Shown: piece by piece, positions 44,210 through 54,079 of the stretch
Layout: each line of letters opens with the position of its first letter
Position numbering within the stretch: the first letter of the stretch is position 1
Source: an uncultured Alphaproteobacteria bacterium
Lineage (GTDB): Bacteria > Pseudomonadota > Alphaproteobacteria > Rhizobiales > Hyphomicrobiaceae
Length of the DNA: 64,000 bases
Direction: 5' to 3'
NCBI GenBank assembly: GCA_963795225.1
Contig: CAWCHB010000019.1
Span: forward strand, 49,981-113,980
Made by a program: the position numbers and the translations under genes
The notes under the pieces: model-generated
The model's input: only the letters and a program-made list of their open reading frames with translations
Databases searched by the model: none
What the model was told of the DNA's origin: nothing

Positions 44210-45326
44210 ATGCGTATCGCGCAGGTCGCGCCTTTGACGGAATCCGTCCCACCTAAACTGTACGGTGGCACCGAGCGGGTCATCTCCTGGCTTACCGAGG
44301 CGCTTGTCGAGCTCGGGCACGACCTCACTCTATTCGCCAGCGGAGATTCAGTGACCAGCGCCAAGCTCGAACCGGGTTGGCCGCGCGCCTTGCGCCTTGA
44401 TGGGGCGGTGCGTGATGCCAATGCCTTGCACATGGCCATGCTGGAAGCCGTGGCGCAGCGGGCTGATGAGTTCGACTTACTGCATTTCCACCTAGACTAC
44501 TATCCTTTCTCGCTGTTTTCGCGCCTGTCGACGCCATTTGTAACAACGCTTCATGGGCGCCTCGATCTCCCCGAGCATCGTCCGGTGTTCGAAGCTTTCC
44601 CTAAGGCTGCCTGTGATCTCCATATCGGAGTCGCAGCGGCGGCTGCTTCCTACCGCGCCATGGGCCGGAACCGTACTTCACGGACTCCCGCAAGGCCTCC
44701 TGGGACCGACGGGTGCCGATCCTTCCTATCTCGCGTTTCTGGGCCGAATATCGCCTGAGAAGGGCCTGCCCGCCGCTATTCGCGTTGCCCGCAAGAGCGG
44801 CATTCCCTTGAAGATTGCAGCCAAGGTCGATCGCGCTGACGTCGACTACTTCAATGAGGAGATCCGGGCGCTATTAAATCAACCGGGCGTAGAATTCATC
44901 GGCGAGATCAGCGATGCCGAGAAGTCTGCTTTCCTCAGTGGCGCAGTGGCGCTGCTCACCCTGATCGATTGGCCCGAGCCGTTTGGGCTGGTCATGATCG
45001 AGGCCATGGCCTGTGGGACGCCTGTCATCGCTTTTCCCCGCGGGGCTGTCCCTGAGATCATCGAGGATGGCGTCAACGGCTTCATCGTCGCCGACGAGGA
45101 GGAAGCGGTATCTGCGGTCGGCAAGCTGGCTCAGCTATCACGAGAGGGCGTTCGTGCACGCTTTATAGAACGCTTTACGTCGCGCCGGATGGCCGAAGAC
45201 TACCTGGGTATTTATGCGGAGTTGGTCGAAGTGGCACCAAATCGCATGAGCCAGGCGCGTGTCACGCATCTATCGCCCGCGACCTTGATATCACTCGCGG
45301 CTTCATCAGCCGGCCCGCCGATTTAG
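44210..45326 (+). CDS. Glycosyltransferase family 4; frameshift near 44605
   Basis: MRIAQVAPL.ESVPPKLYGGTER; FLGRISPEKG; EPFGLVMIEAMACGTPV. Confidence 0.9.
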
Positions 45327-45505
45327 ATTTCCTGAGCTTCACGACCGACTTGGGGCTGGGATGTCCACCGACGCGGAGTGGTGCCTGGTAGAGTAGCCGG
45401 ATGCGATACCAGGCTCGCCTTGAGCCGCGCTCGTGCCCACACACGTGGCAAGCAAGTGCATCCACTCTCCCCTCTCGGCGGAGATAGCCGAACGTACTGG
45501 CCGTT

Positions 45506-45742
45506 TCAGGGGCTGCGGTCTTCTGCAGAATTGCGAATTGAAGCATCGAGACGAACGATACGGTCGTCGAGTCGCTTGCGCTCTTCTCGACACTGGGCGA
45601 GCACAAGGACCGCGCGCTCCCAGTCCTCACCATCGAGCACCTCATCAGCGAGCAACTGGCAAATTTCAGTCGCGCCCGCTTTGATGGCTCTGACGCTGGC
45701 GGAGACCCGATGACGCTCGGCGTGCAGGTTCTCTATGTCCAT
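45506..45742 (-). CDS. Small hypothetical protein
   Basis: AGGAG RBS; helical composition. Confidence 0.5.
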   Translation of the reverse strand: MDIENLHAERHRVSASVRAIKAGATEICQLLADEVLDGEDWERAVLVLAQCREERKRLDDRIVRLDASIRNSAEDRSP

Positions 45743-45778
45743 GGCATCCGACTCCTAACCAAATCTTAGTGCCCATTG

Positions 45779-46018
45779 CTAAGCCGAGCGGCAGACCGGG
45801 CCGGTAAGCTCGCAGGGCCATCGCTTCAATCGGAGCGGATCGCGCTCGCCCTTGGCAGCCGCCGCCTTGATGCGGCGCGCCAGCTCCGCCCGAGCGGATT
45901 TCTGGCACGGGGAAAGAACCCGCCCCGGCGTCAGTTCCAGCTCGCGCCATGCCGCCTCAAAGGCATGCTCAATTACAGCCTGCAAGTGGGGTTCGACCGA
46001 CGTACTGGAAAACGGCAT
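45779..46018 (-). CDS. Small hypothetical protein
   Basis: AFEAAW..L..ARAELARRI..AA.KGERDP..L pattern seen in small Rhizobiales proteins. Confidence 0.5.
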   Translation of the reverse strand: MPFSSTSVEPHLQAVIEHAFEAAWRELELTPGRVLSPCQKSARAELARRIKAAAAKGERDPLRLKRWPCELTGPVCRSA

Positions 46019-46359
46019 GGAAGGCCCCCGGGTTGCACAATGCCAGGAATGTCAGCCCCAGAGTTTGACGAATTCGCGGCGAAGCGCCTCGGGCCGGCGG
46101 GGCGTGGGACAGTTCAGGCGCGGTATGCGGGGGCTTATCGGGCTTGTTACAGATCTGAACGACGAAGTGACTTGCTCCTAACGCCAAAGCGGAATGGCCG
46201 AACCGGCCGATTAGATCGTTGCATCTCGCGCTCGATGAAGAGCCTTGCGCTGGTGCTTGGGAAGCATTGCTAACCCGGCAAGGGCGCGGGTCCTGCGCCT
46301 GCCTGTTCCGGTCGGGCGTCTCAGAGGTCCGGCCTAAGGCGCCCGATCAACGGGCGGCG

Positions 46360-46779
46360 TTACTGTTTAACCAGCCCGCCTTCGCAAGCCTTGGTAAACT
46401 CCATCTTGTCCAGCGTGCCGTCCTTATCGGGGTTGGCCGCAGCAACGTCCGTCACATACTGCTGAGCCTCCGTTTCAGTGATGGTCGCGGCGTTGGAGGG
46501 GTTGGCTTGCATCCACACCGCATCGCAGTCCGCTTGGGTCAGCTTAGCGCCCGTTGACATTCCGGTCGTGCTGCCGCCCGACTTCATTTCAGGCACGGCT
46601 TTATCCATCTGCTGCGTGGGGGGATGCTCTCCCTTAGCCGGCCCTTTCATCTCCGGCGTCACGGCATCCATGCTTTTCGTCGGGGCATTACCAGCCTCGC
46701 CCTGCTTGTCGACGGTTTGTGCAGCGGCACCACCGGCGATGGCGAGGCAAATGGCTGTCGCTAAAACCAAGCTCTTCAT
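46360..46779 (-). CDS. Exported protein with EF-hand-like C-terminus
   Basis: AGGAGG RBS, signal peptide, repeated PT..MD..PEMK, ANPDKDGTLDKMEF..AC. Confidence 0.78.
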   Translation of the reverse strand: MKSLVLATAICLAIAGGAAAQTVDKQGEAGNAPTKSMDAVTPEMKGPAKGEHPPTQQMDKAVPEMKSGGSTTGMSTGAKLTQADCDAVWMQANPSNAATITETEAQQYVTDVAAANPDKDGTLDKMEFTKACEGGLVKQ

Positions 46780-46808
46780 TTTTTCCTCCTGAGTAGCGTT
46801 TTGAGGAA

Positions 46809-46834
46809 AACGCCGCTCCTTGAAGCGTTGTTCC
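46809..46834 (-). promoter_or_regulatory. EcfG promoter
   Basis: GGAAC-N17-CGTT on the minus strand, about 30 bp upstream of the 46779 start. Confidence 0.65.
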
Positions 46835-46946
46835 GCTTCAGTAGCTCCGTAACCTGCCTCGACGGGAGCAACTTAGGCAGACAGATGTCGTTTGTCTTGC
46901 ACCATTGCCTGTCTCGTGGCGCGTCGGTAGTCATGCCCTAGACCGC

Positions 46947-46972
46947 GGAACTGCAACCAACGCGAAACCATT
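46947..46972 (+). promoter_or_regulatory. EcfG-like promoter
   Basis: GGAAC-N17-CATT upstream of the DUF883-like gene. Confidence 0.5.
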
Positions 46973-47080
46973 GTTAGAGCAGCTGCTCACAGAGCATCGC
47001 GCGCCATTCACTTGCCGACGGCGCGTCTCACATCGGAGGAAGCAACTAAGCGCTAGCAAACTCGTATGAAGGGAAACGCC

Positions 47081-47298
47081 ATGAGTTCAACCTACAATCC
47101 CCCCTCCTCTTCCACGGCCAACGGAACGATTTGGCCAGCACCGCGCAGGACAAGTTCAACGAGACGGTTGAGCAGGCGCGGAACCTTGCTCAAGGGCAGT
47201 ACGACATGCTCGAAGCCAGCATCCGCCGCAATCCCCTGCAGGCGGCCGGTATCGCCGCGGGCATCGGCTTCGTACTCGCCCTATTGGCACGTCGCTGA
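47081..47298 (+). CDS. DUF883/YqjD-ElaB-like tail-anchored protein; frameshift near 47120; not in the ORF track
   Basis: DLASTAQDKFNETVEQARNLAQGQYDMLEASIRRNPLQAAGIAAGIGFVLALLARR*. Confidence 0.7.
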
Positions 47299-47490
47299 AC
47301 GAAACGAACATTGCATGGGGCTACCGGCGGCGCCGGTCGAACCAACTTCGTCCGTGCCGCACGCCGAACGTCTCTGTCAAAGAAAACCCCGGCGCAGGGC
47401 GGGCGCCGGGTCATAGTCGAGGCCGGGACCAACAGCTGGATGGATTGCCAAGCATCTAGGACAGTAAGCCTTGTGTCGCCAACATGCGCA

Positions 47491-47925
47491 TCACACTCGC
47501 TCAACGATCCCGAGCCAGGGAATGCCCTCAGGCCACTGACCGAGTAGCTGAAACAGGAAGCCGACGAAACACATGAGCGCGCCGACAAGGAACGGCAAGG
47601 CGCGACTGCGCTGAAACTGTAAAAGCCGCGCCTCTTCGCGGGCACTTTCGGCGGCATCATCCAGGTACTCTTGATTCTCGAAAACCGGCCCGATCTCGGC
47701 CACGCCCGTCATCGCCAGCATATCCCTGTGTTCTTGCCGGAGCTTGCGTTTGTGCGCACGCTCGCCTTCCCAATAATCAATGCGCGTCTTGGCGCGCATT
47801 TCGATGTAGCCGCGAAACCACTCGAAGGCGATGAGCCCGAACCCGAGGGCGTCGAGGAGAAGCCCGAAGACTGAGAGCCACCCTTGATCCAGACGCAACC
47901 AGGCCGCAAGCGCGAGAAGCTCCAT
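47491..47925 (-). CDS. Hypothetical membrane protein
   Basis: GGAGGAA RBS; two TM segments. Confidence 0.6.
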   Translation of the reverse strand: MELLALAAWLRLDQGWLSVFGLLLDALGFGLIAFEWFRGYIEMRAKTRIDYWEGERAHKRKLRQEHRDMLAMTGVAEIGPVFENQEYLDDAAESAREEARLLQFQRSRALPFLVGALMCFVGFLFQLLGQWPEGIPWLGIVERV

Positions 47926-48287
47926 TTCTTTCCTCCCCCTTATCCCCTGTCGCGGCTGTGTGGCGCCGCCCGCAAGCAACTTTCATTCCAGAACTCCAGT
48001 TGGTAAGCCAGTTCAATCAAGGCGCCTCGTGGGGCCTACATGGAGATAGAGAGAAGTTCATAGCGCTCGCTACACGATAATCGACGAGGCGGAGGCAAAA
48101 CGGAAAGCAAAGCGTGGATCCTTGCAAGCTTCGACGCCTCCGTCGTGGCCGAGGGCCACGTCTCGAAGTCAAAGGGCGACAAGAAAAGCGGTCACAGGAA
48201 GCGCCGGTAGCAGGTCCGTGCTATAGCCATTGACAGATAGGTGCTCTATGCGATGCCTGCTAGCGTGAAGCGCCTAACGGTTCGCCG

Positions 48288-48542
48288 ATGGCCGTCGATT
48301 TGGAAAAAGAGCTTAAGGACCTGAAGCGTCGCGTCGATTTCGCCGAGACACGGCTCTCGCAGCTCGAAGGACCATTCGGCTTCATCTCCGGCCAGCTGCG
48401 GGACATCCAACTCTACATGCCTGCGCGATTCGATGACCTCGATCGAAAATTCGACGGTGTCGCAAGCAAGGTCGATGATCTGCAAAATGACCTTCCGCAA
48501 ATCGTCGCAAGCGCGGTCACCGACGTTATGCAGCAGCGGTGA
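48288..48542 (+). CDS. Small coiled-coil hypothetical protein
   Basis: Heptad pattern RFDDLDRKFDGVASKVDDL. Confidence 0.55.
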   Translation: MAVDLEKELKDLKRRVDFAETRLSQLEGPFGFISGQLRDIQLYMPARFDDLDRKFDGVASKVDDLQNDLPQIVASAVTDVMQQR

Positions 48543-48711
48543 CGGAACAGGGGGCGAAATCGCCAGCCTGATTGCGTGGCGTGTCGACCGCTTAACCGGC
48601 GCGACCTGCGTGTCCACGGACTTCACCTTCACCGGTAGCGGGGCGTTTGCCAGGAGCGGCGCGGACGCGAGGATGAAGCGGGATTTGCGCAGCTCAGCAA
48701 AAGGCGCCCAC

Positions 48712-49053
48712 CTAAGCGCGCAGTTTGTGTGGCAGGGATACGCTCAGGCGCTTTATCGCCTTGACGCCCGGCTGTCTCGTCGCAAGCCATGCGTCATGCG
48801 CGGCCTGCATTCCGAGCCACATAGCCGCAGATGCGCCGAGCGAGCGCTCGAGTTGTGCGGCAACATCGGGGGTTAAAGGTCGCGCTTCGCGCAGAATGGC
48901 GTGCAAGGTGTTGCGCGAAACGCCAAGGTGCTCCGCAAACGCACTGATGCTCAAGCCATGTTCCTCGAGCGCAGGAATCACAAAATCGCGCATCACTTTC
49001 CCGGGGTGGGTAGGCTGTCGCTGCGGGCGACCGGCTGAGTATTCACTTCCCAT
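48712..49053 (-). CDS. higA: HigA family antitoxin
   Basis: PTHPG, HTH FAEHLGVSRNTL, MWLGMQAAHD. Confidence 0.88.
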   Translation of the reverse strand: MGSEYSAGRPQRQPTHPGKVMRDFVIPALEEHGLSISAFAEHLGVSRNTLHAILREARPLTPDVAAQLERSLGASAAMWLGMQAAHDAWLATRQPGVKAIKRLSVSLPHKLRA

Positions 49054-49327
49054 GATAGTCTTCCTCGTCCACCCGCACGGCTTGGCCGTCTTCCCATTCG
49101 AACACGATGCGCCATTGCGCGCGGATCTCTACCGCGTACTGATGGCAGCGATCTCCCTTCAACTGGTGAAACTCGAAGCCGGGCAAATCCATGTCCTCGG
49201 GTTTGGTAGCCTTATCGAGCAGGTCGAGAATAGTGACGATGCGATCGGCCGATTTCGGATCGACGCCCTTGGCGCGGCCACGCTGCCAGAGCGCCTTGAG
49301 CACCCTGCTCTTGAACGTCCCGATCAT
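49043..49327 (-). CDS. higB: HigB (RelE/ParE-like) toxin
   Basis: MIGTFK, DLPGFEFHQLKGDR, WRIVFEW, DYH; upstream of higA. Confidence 0.88.
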   Translation of the reverse strand: MIGTFKSRVLKALWQRGRAKGVDPKSADRIVTILDLLDKATKPEDMDLPGFEFHQLKGDRCHQYAVEIRAQWRIVFEWEDGQAVRVDEEDYHGK

Positions 49328-49346
49328 CCTAGCCGGCCTCGTGTTT

Positions 49347-49367
49347 CTGTAACGTAAAGCGTTACAG
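49347..49367. promoter_or_regulatory. Probable HigA operator palindrome
   Basis: CTGTAACG-TAAAG-CGTTACAG 20 bp upstream of higB; further TGTAACG half-site at 49369. Confidence 0.6.
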
Positions 49368-49862
49368 GTGTAACGTCAAGAGTTGCGTTGCCGTCGTAAT
49401 CCGCGCCCGGAGGGGACGAGCCCTTTGTTGTTCTTCGGCTTGCCCGACGCTGGATTGACCCGGATCTTTGGTGGTTTGCCGAGTTCCGCCGCCCATTTTG
49501 GCACGACGCCTGCGCGTCACCCACCGCATCGACAGGTTCCGTGTCTTTTCTTGCTCGGCCGCCGCGTGGGCGAGGAGCGCCTGTTCTATGCGGCGCCGTT
49601 GCGTCAAAAGTCATCTTCACGAGAGGGGCCGCACGACGGTGAAGGCCTGATGGCTCGCCGGCAATCGCACCCTTTGAGGCCAATGCCGGGACTGTCGACG
49701 CGAACGCTGCTCCCCGGTAAGGCCTCAATATCGCTGGTGCGCCTTGCACACGCAATATGCGCCAAATACCCCAAGCAGCGGAGTGCTGACATCGAATTCC
49801 CGAGGATTCGAAAGGGCTGACGACACCACCAAGCGACGTCGCTTCGCAAGGTGTCCGGTGCT

Positions 49863-50426
49863 TCACGGTGCGAGGGTCAAACGCATACCACAAGGAAAGC
49901 TCAGTGCGCGCCGCCGTCTTCGCGGGCGTCCAGAAAAGCTGCAGGTACGCGCAGTGAACGCAACCGTCTCCCGTCGTGAGTATGTCCAAAACAGTTCGAT
50001 GTCCTCGATAAGATCATCTTCGAAATAGTCCAAAAATGGCCAGGCCCCCTCGGGCGCGCTGATATAGATGGGTATCGCCCTGCCGCCCCATACGTGCCCC
50101 CTCCATTTTCGAGAAACGAACGGGCTAATCTCGCGCGACCATGCTTCATTCCAATGGCGCCCAAGCCTAATGACTTTTGCACTCGTAGGATCGGCTGCTT
50201 TGCCCAAATTTATCCATCCCGCTCGCTTAATCCAAGCGTCGCTGGTTGCGGTGCGGGTACGCTTAACCACGGCCAAGTGCAGTAATGTATCATCTACGCA
50301 ACAATCGATCTGCGCGAAGAGTTCGGCGTGCGGATCGCGGTGTTGCCTAATCTTATCGAAATCCTTGCACACTACATTCAGCCCTGTTTTCATTTTGCCG
50401 GGTGGAACGTGATCGAAAACATACAT
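49863..50426 (-). CDS. Hypothetical protein (lower GC)
   Basis: ATG overlaps upstream stop; AGGAG RBS; 3' end uncertain. Confidence 0.5.
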   Translation of the reverse strand: MYVFDHVPPGKMKTGLNVVCKDFDKIRQHRDPHAELFAQIDCCVDDTLLHLAVVKRTRTATSDAWIKRAGWINLGKAADPTSAKVIRLGRHWNEAWSREISPFVSRKWRGHVWGGRAIPIYISAPEGAWPFLDYFEDDLIEDIELFWTYSRRETVAFTARTCSFSGRPRRRRRALSFPCGMRLTLAP

Positions 50427-51167
50427 TAGAATTTCTTCTCCTCTTTTTGCGCCACTGGCGGGCTCTTTTTGGCCTCAGAGCGATCTTCAATCTTGTTGGT
50501 CGACGCTAAAATGCCAAAGTTGCGGCGGGCCGCCGCCCGTTCTCTCGCGGCCGCATAGTCCTCTAAAGCCGCTTTCCACTCATGGTCTATCTCAGCGTTA
50601 AAGCGGAGCACGTCCCCCAAGGGGAGGGGGGTTTTCGGGCGCCATGCCCGCCGGCGCTTCGGCCGCGGCGACGTCGCCGCGCACGCTTTGAGTTCCCCGG
50701 CGCCCCGAGATTGCGCTGCGGCAAAGTCGCGAACGGCAAACTTCCGCCGCGACAGCGCCCGCCGCGTATAGCGGTCAATTCGCTTCAGGTCGTTGGTCAC
50801 CGGTTCCAGTGACAGGGCCAGCTCGTGTGCAGGTAGCGTCCGTGGGGGAGCGCTCTGATGCCCGCAAAGGGGCGCTGCCACCGCCTCCTGCAGGCGTTCG
50901 TGACGAAACTGGCGGCTGCGTTGCACGTCGACGTGCGCTTCGGCGACGCGCCGGGCGAGGTCGATGAGATCAAGGCGGTCCGCCTCACGCGCGATCCGTT
51001 GGGCTAACTCTTCCACGTCTTGTCCCAGCGCCGGGTCAGCCAGGATGTCTTGGCTGAGCCCGTGCCGGCGCGCATTCTGCGCGGCCCGCGCTTTGCCGGC
51101 AGCCGATGTAGGCCCCGTGCTCTGGCGCGCATTGGCGCGGTTGGCCTGCACGCGACGCTCACTCATC
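50426..51167 (-). CDS. Hypothetical protein of the ANRxNAxxSTGP family
   Basis: MSERRVQANRANARQSTGPTSAAGKARAAQNARRHGL. Confidence 0.7.
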
Positions 51168-51773
51168 ACGGGTGACGCCTTTCCCGTTGATCGGCGCCTT
51201 GAGGTCCTCGAATTCGGCATCGACGATGTCACGCACCGTCTTGGCCGTACCGGCGCGATAGCGCTCGAGTTCCCTCAAGGCGGTCGTGAAGCGCCCTTCC
51301 GCCGACCCCATTAGCGCATCAAAGCCGGCCATGAGGTCGATCTTGATGGCCATGGCGTCGCCCATAACCACGTCGTACGACAGGCCGGCGCCGGTCAGCA
51401 ACGCCTCGACCTTGGCGACCTCAGTGGGGTCGCCTTTGGCCCAACCCTCCGCCAAAGTAATGGCCAGGGGCTTAACGCAAAGGCGCTCCAACACGCGCTT
51501 TAGGGCGGCTGGGCCGGTCGCGATCAACAGACCGGCTTTGGCACGCCGCCAGCGGCGCACCTCCCAGCCGTGAAAAATGGCGTCGTCAACGTAGATCTCT
51601 TCGATGGCGTTCGCCGGCTTCAGGGCGGTGCGGATGCGGTCGGCGAACTGATCAAAGGCGGCGGCATCCTCGCCGGGAATGAGCACCGGCGTGCCCAGCC
51701 AGCCCGCATTGGATTTAGCGGCCCGCTTGCCGGCTCGTGTCGCGTTCGGTTTGATTTTGGAAATAGCATTCAT
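51159..51773 (-). CDS. Hypothetical protein (PGED...WxxRR family)
   Basis: VLIPGEDAAAFDQF..LKPANAIEEIYVDD..WEVRRWRRAK; AGAAGGG RBS. Confidence 0.7.
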   Translation of the reverse strand: MNAISKIKPNATRAGKRAAKSNAGWLGTPVLIPGEDAAAFDQFADRIRTALKPANAIEEIYVDDAIFHGWEVRRWRRAKAGLLIATGPAALKRVLERLCVKPLAITLAEGWAKGDPTEVAKVEALLTGAGLSYDVVMGDAMAIKIDLMAGFDALMGSAEGRFTTALRELERYRAGTAKTVRDIVDAEFEDLKAPINGKGVTRDE

Positions 51774-52309
51774 AAAACAAATCCCTTCTTTAAAATGAGG
51801 CCCGGCGCATGTCTCATCGCCGACGGCTAAATACCTACGACGTACCCCAGGGGGGCCGCCTAGACGTGACTTCTGTCGGAAGCACGGTGTCGGACATTAG
51901 TGTCCGTGTTGACCGCTAGGTCGGGCAACATTCGTCGTTTCAGTATAACTGGCCAGCGCCAAAACTTTGCCGAAAACAAGCTTCGGTTTTGAAAGCAAGT
52001 TTTGGCTAACAAATGGAAGTTTTCCTGTCAAGATTAAATATTCGAAAGATTTGAAAGTTTGAATTCCCCCAATTTCGCAGGCGACGCGTTTGGAATCGGT
52101 TTGATGGTTTTCTGCCGCTCAATTTATCCCGTTTTTGTCAGGCGTACTTGGTGAAATGACGCCTATGGCGTTGGACTGTCTATATGAGCGTTCCCGAGGC
52201 AATCATCGTGCTTGCACGGCGCTTCGTCGAACGCGCGGATAGGGAACTTGCGGGCACGGTGCCGCCGCTTCCGGCGATCGAGACCTGCCGGCTCCCGCGA
52301 CAGCCGCGC

Positions 52310-53307
52310 TAGCAGGCTGTTGAACTTCGGGTTTGGGTGGAACCAGTATCCTCGGCTGGGACTGCGGACGACCGTTTTTTCTCGGTTTGATGCTGACGGC
52401 CGGCGGGTCTCGACTGCGCCGCTCCCCTCGCCCTCACGCTGCGGCGAGCAGCCTCGGCATCCGGATCAGATTGTAGGCGGCCATCGCGAAGGTGAACTTG
52501 AAGCGCACGCGCGCGAGGCCGCGCACCTTCACCTTGGCAAGGCCGGCGATGGTCTTGCCCCAGCCGAAGGCTTCCTCGACCAGCTTGCGTTTGCGCTGGC
52601 TCACCCGATAGCCCTCGTGCCGCGTCGTGCGGCCGTCGATCGCGGAGCCCTTGACCTTCGCCGCGACGTGCGGCGTCACGCACTTCTGCCTGAGATCGGC
52701 GACGAAGTCGGACGTGTCGTAGCCCTTGTCGGCGCCGAGCGTGAGCCGGCGCTCGGAGCCGGGATCCTGCCGGTCGATCATCGCCAGGGCCGCCTGCACG
52801 CTCGGCCGTGCCGGTCGCCTGCGTCGCGTCCGCCTGCACGACGAGACCGTGCCGGTTCTCGATCAGCGCGTGCCCCATGAAGTAGAGCTTCGCCGGCTGG
52901 CTCTTGCCCTTGCGGAAGAGCTTGGCGTCCGGGTCGGTCTTGCTCTCGTGCGTGTCGTTGGCGCGCTTCTCGCCGTGGAAATCGCGCTCGCCGTTGCGGC
53001 CCGGGCGCCGGCGGCTCGTCGCTGCCGTCCTTGGCGCGGAAGCTCTTGAGCGTGGCCCACGCCTCGACCAGCGTGCCGTCGACCGAGAAGTGGTCGTCCG
53101 ACAGGAAGCGCTTCACTTGGGGTGGCGCAGCACCGCTTCGAGGAACTTCGCGGCGACATCGGCGTCGAGCAGCCGGTCGCGGTTCTTGGAGAACGTCGAG
53201 TGGTCCCACACGGCATCGTCGATGCCGAGCCCGACGAACCAGCGGAACAGCAGATTGTAGTCGATCTGCTCCATCAGCTGGCGCTCGGAGCGCACCGAGT
53301 AGAACGC
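52310..53307 (-). mobile_element. IS5-family transposase (DUF772 + DDE), frameshifted and 5'-truncated
   Basis: RSERQLMEQIDYNLLFRWFVGL, SVDGTL, LGADKGYD, RKLVEEAFGWGKT; end TAGCAGGCTGTTGAA near 52310. Confidence 0.85.
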
Positions 53308-53707
53308 TGTCCGACATCAACACCTGTGAGACAAAACTAGTGGCTTGAGGAACGGAGGATTTCGGGCTCATCGTCACCCGTGAGGAGGGGGCATGAGACA
53401 GAAATCCAACACACCTGAGACACCGTCCGAGCGGCTCGTGAGAGACATCCGCCGCGCGACCCGCAAGCAGTATTCGGCCGAAGAGAAAATCCGCATTGTT
53501 CTCGATGGATTGCGCGGCGAGGTCACGATCGCCGAACTCTGCCGCCGGGAAGGCATTGCCGAGAGCCTGTATTACAGCTGGTCGAAAGAGTTCCTGGAAG
53601 CTGGCAAGCGACGGCTCGCCGGCGACACGGCGCGGTCGGCGACCACCAGCGAGGTCAAAGACCTCAAGCGCCAGGCCCTGGAGCTGAAAGAGGTGGTGGC
53701 CGAGCAG
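53308..53707 (+). mobile_element. IS3-family left end and truncated orfA
   Basis: Begins TGTCCGAC exactly where the IS5 ORF breaks; RKQYSAEEKIRIVLDGLRGE..IAELCRREGI..YYSWSKEFLEAGK. Confidence 0.8.
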
Positions 53708-53845
53708 TCAGGCATGTGTAGCGATCTTGAATGAGATGCAGGAACTCAATCAGTAGATCAGGACGGCGAGGGCGCGAGCCTAGAAGTTCCGGCACCTCGC
53801 GGCGGGCTTCCACATTGGGGAAGCCGCGGGCACGTTTCGGGAACC
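53707..53845 (-). pseudogene. N-terminal remnant of a NuoE/F-like (NAD-linked formate dehydrogenase beta-type) subunit
   Basis: EVPELLGSRPRRPDLLIEFLHLIQDRY. Confidence 0.55.
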
Positions 53846-54079
53846 AACATTGCGGGCTGGTCGGTCGGGTCTGCCACCATTGTCTGCAACCTTCCCCACC
53901 ATGTTCACTCCCTGTTGCAGTCGAGCCAAAGGCATAACTAAAGGTCACCGCCGCCAAGCCGCGCCATACCTTCTGCCTTCCATGAGGCCCAGTGCAACCA
54001 GCACGCGCTCAGCTGTATTTCGGGAAACCCGTGCCAGCGGGTAATGGTCACGAAGCAACGCACCCGCGAAAGCGCCGGC

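Noticed and set aside
47400-52300. Prophage
   Set aside because: No integrase, capsid, portal, large terminase or tail gene recognisable
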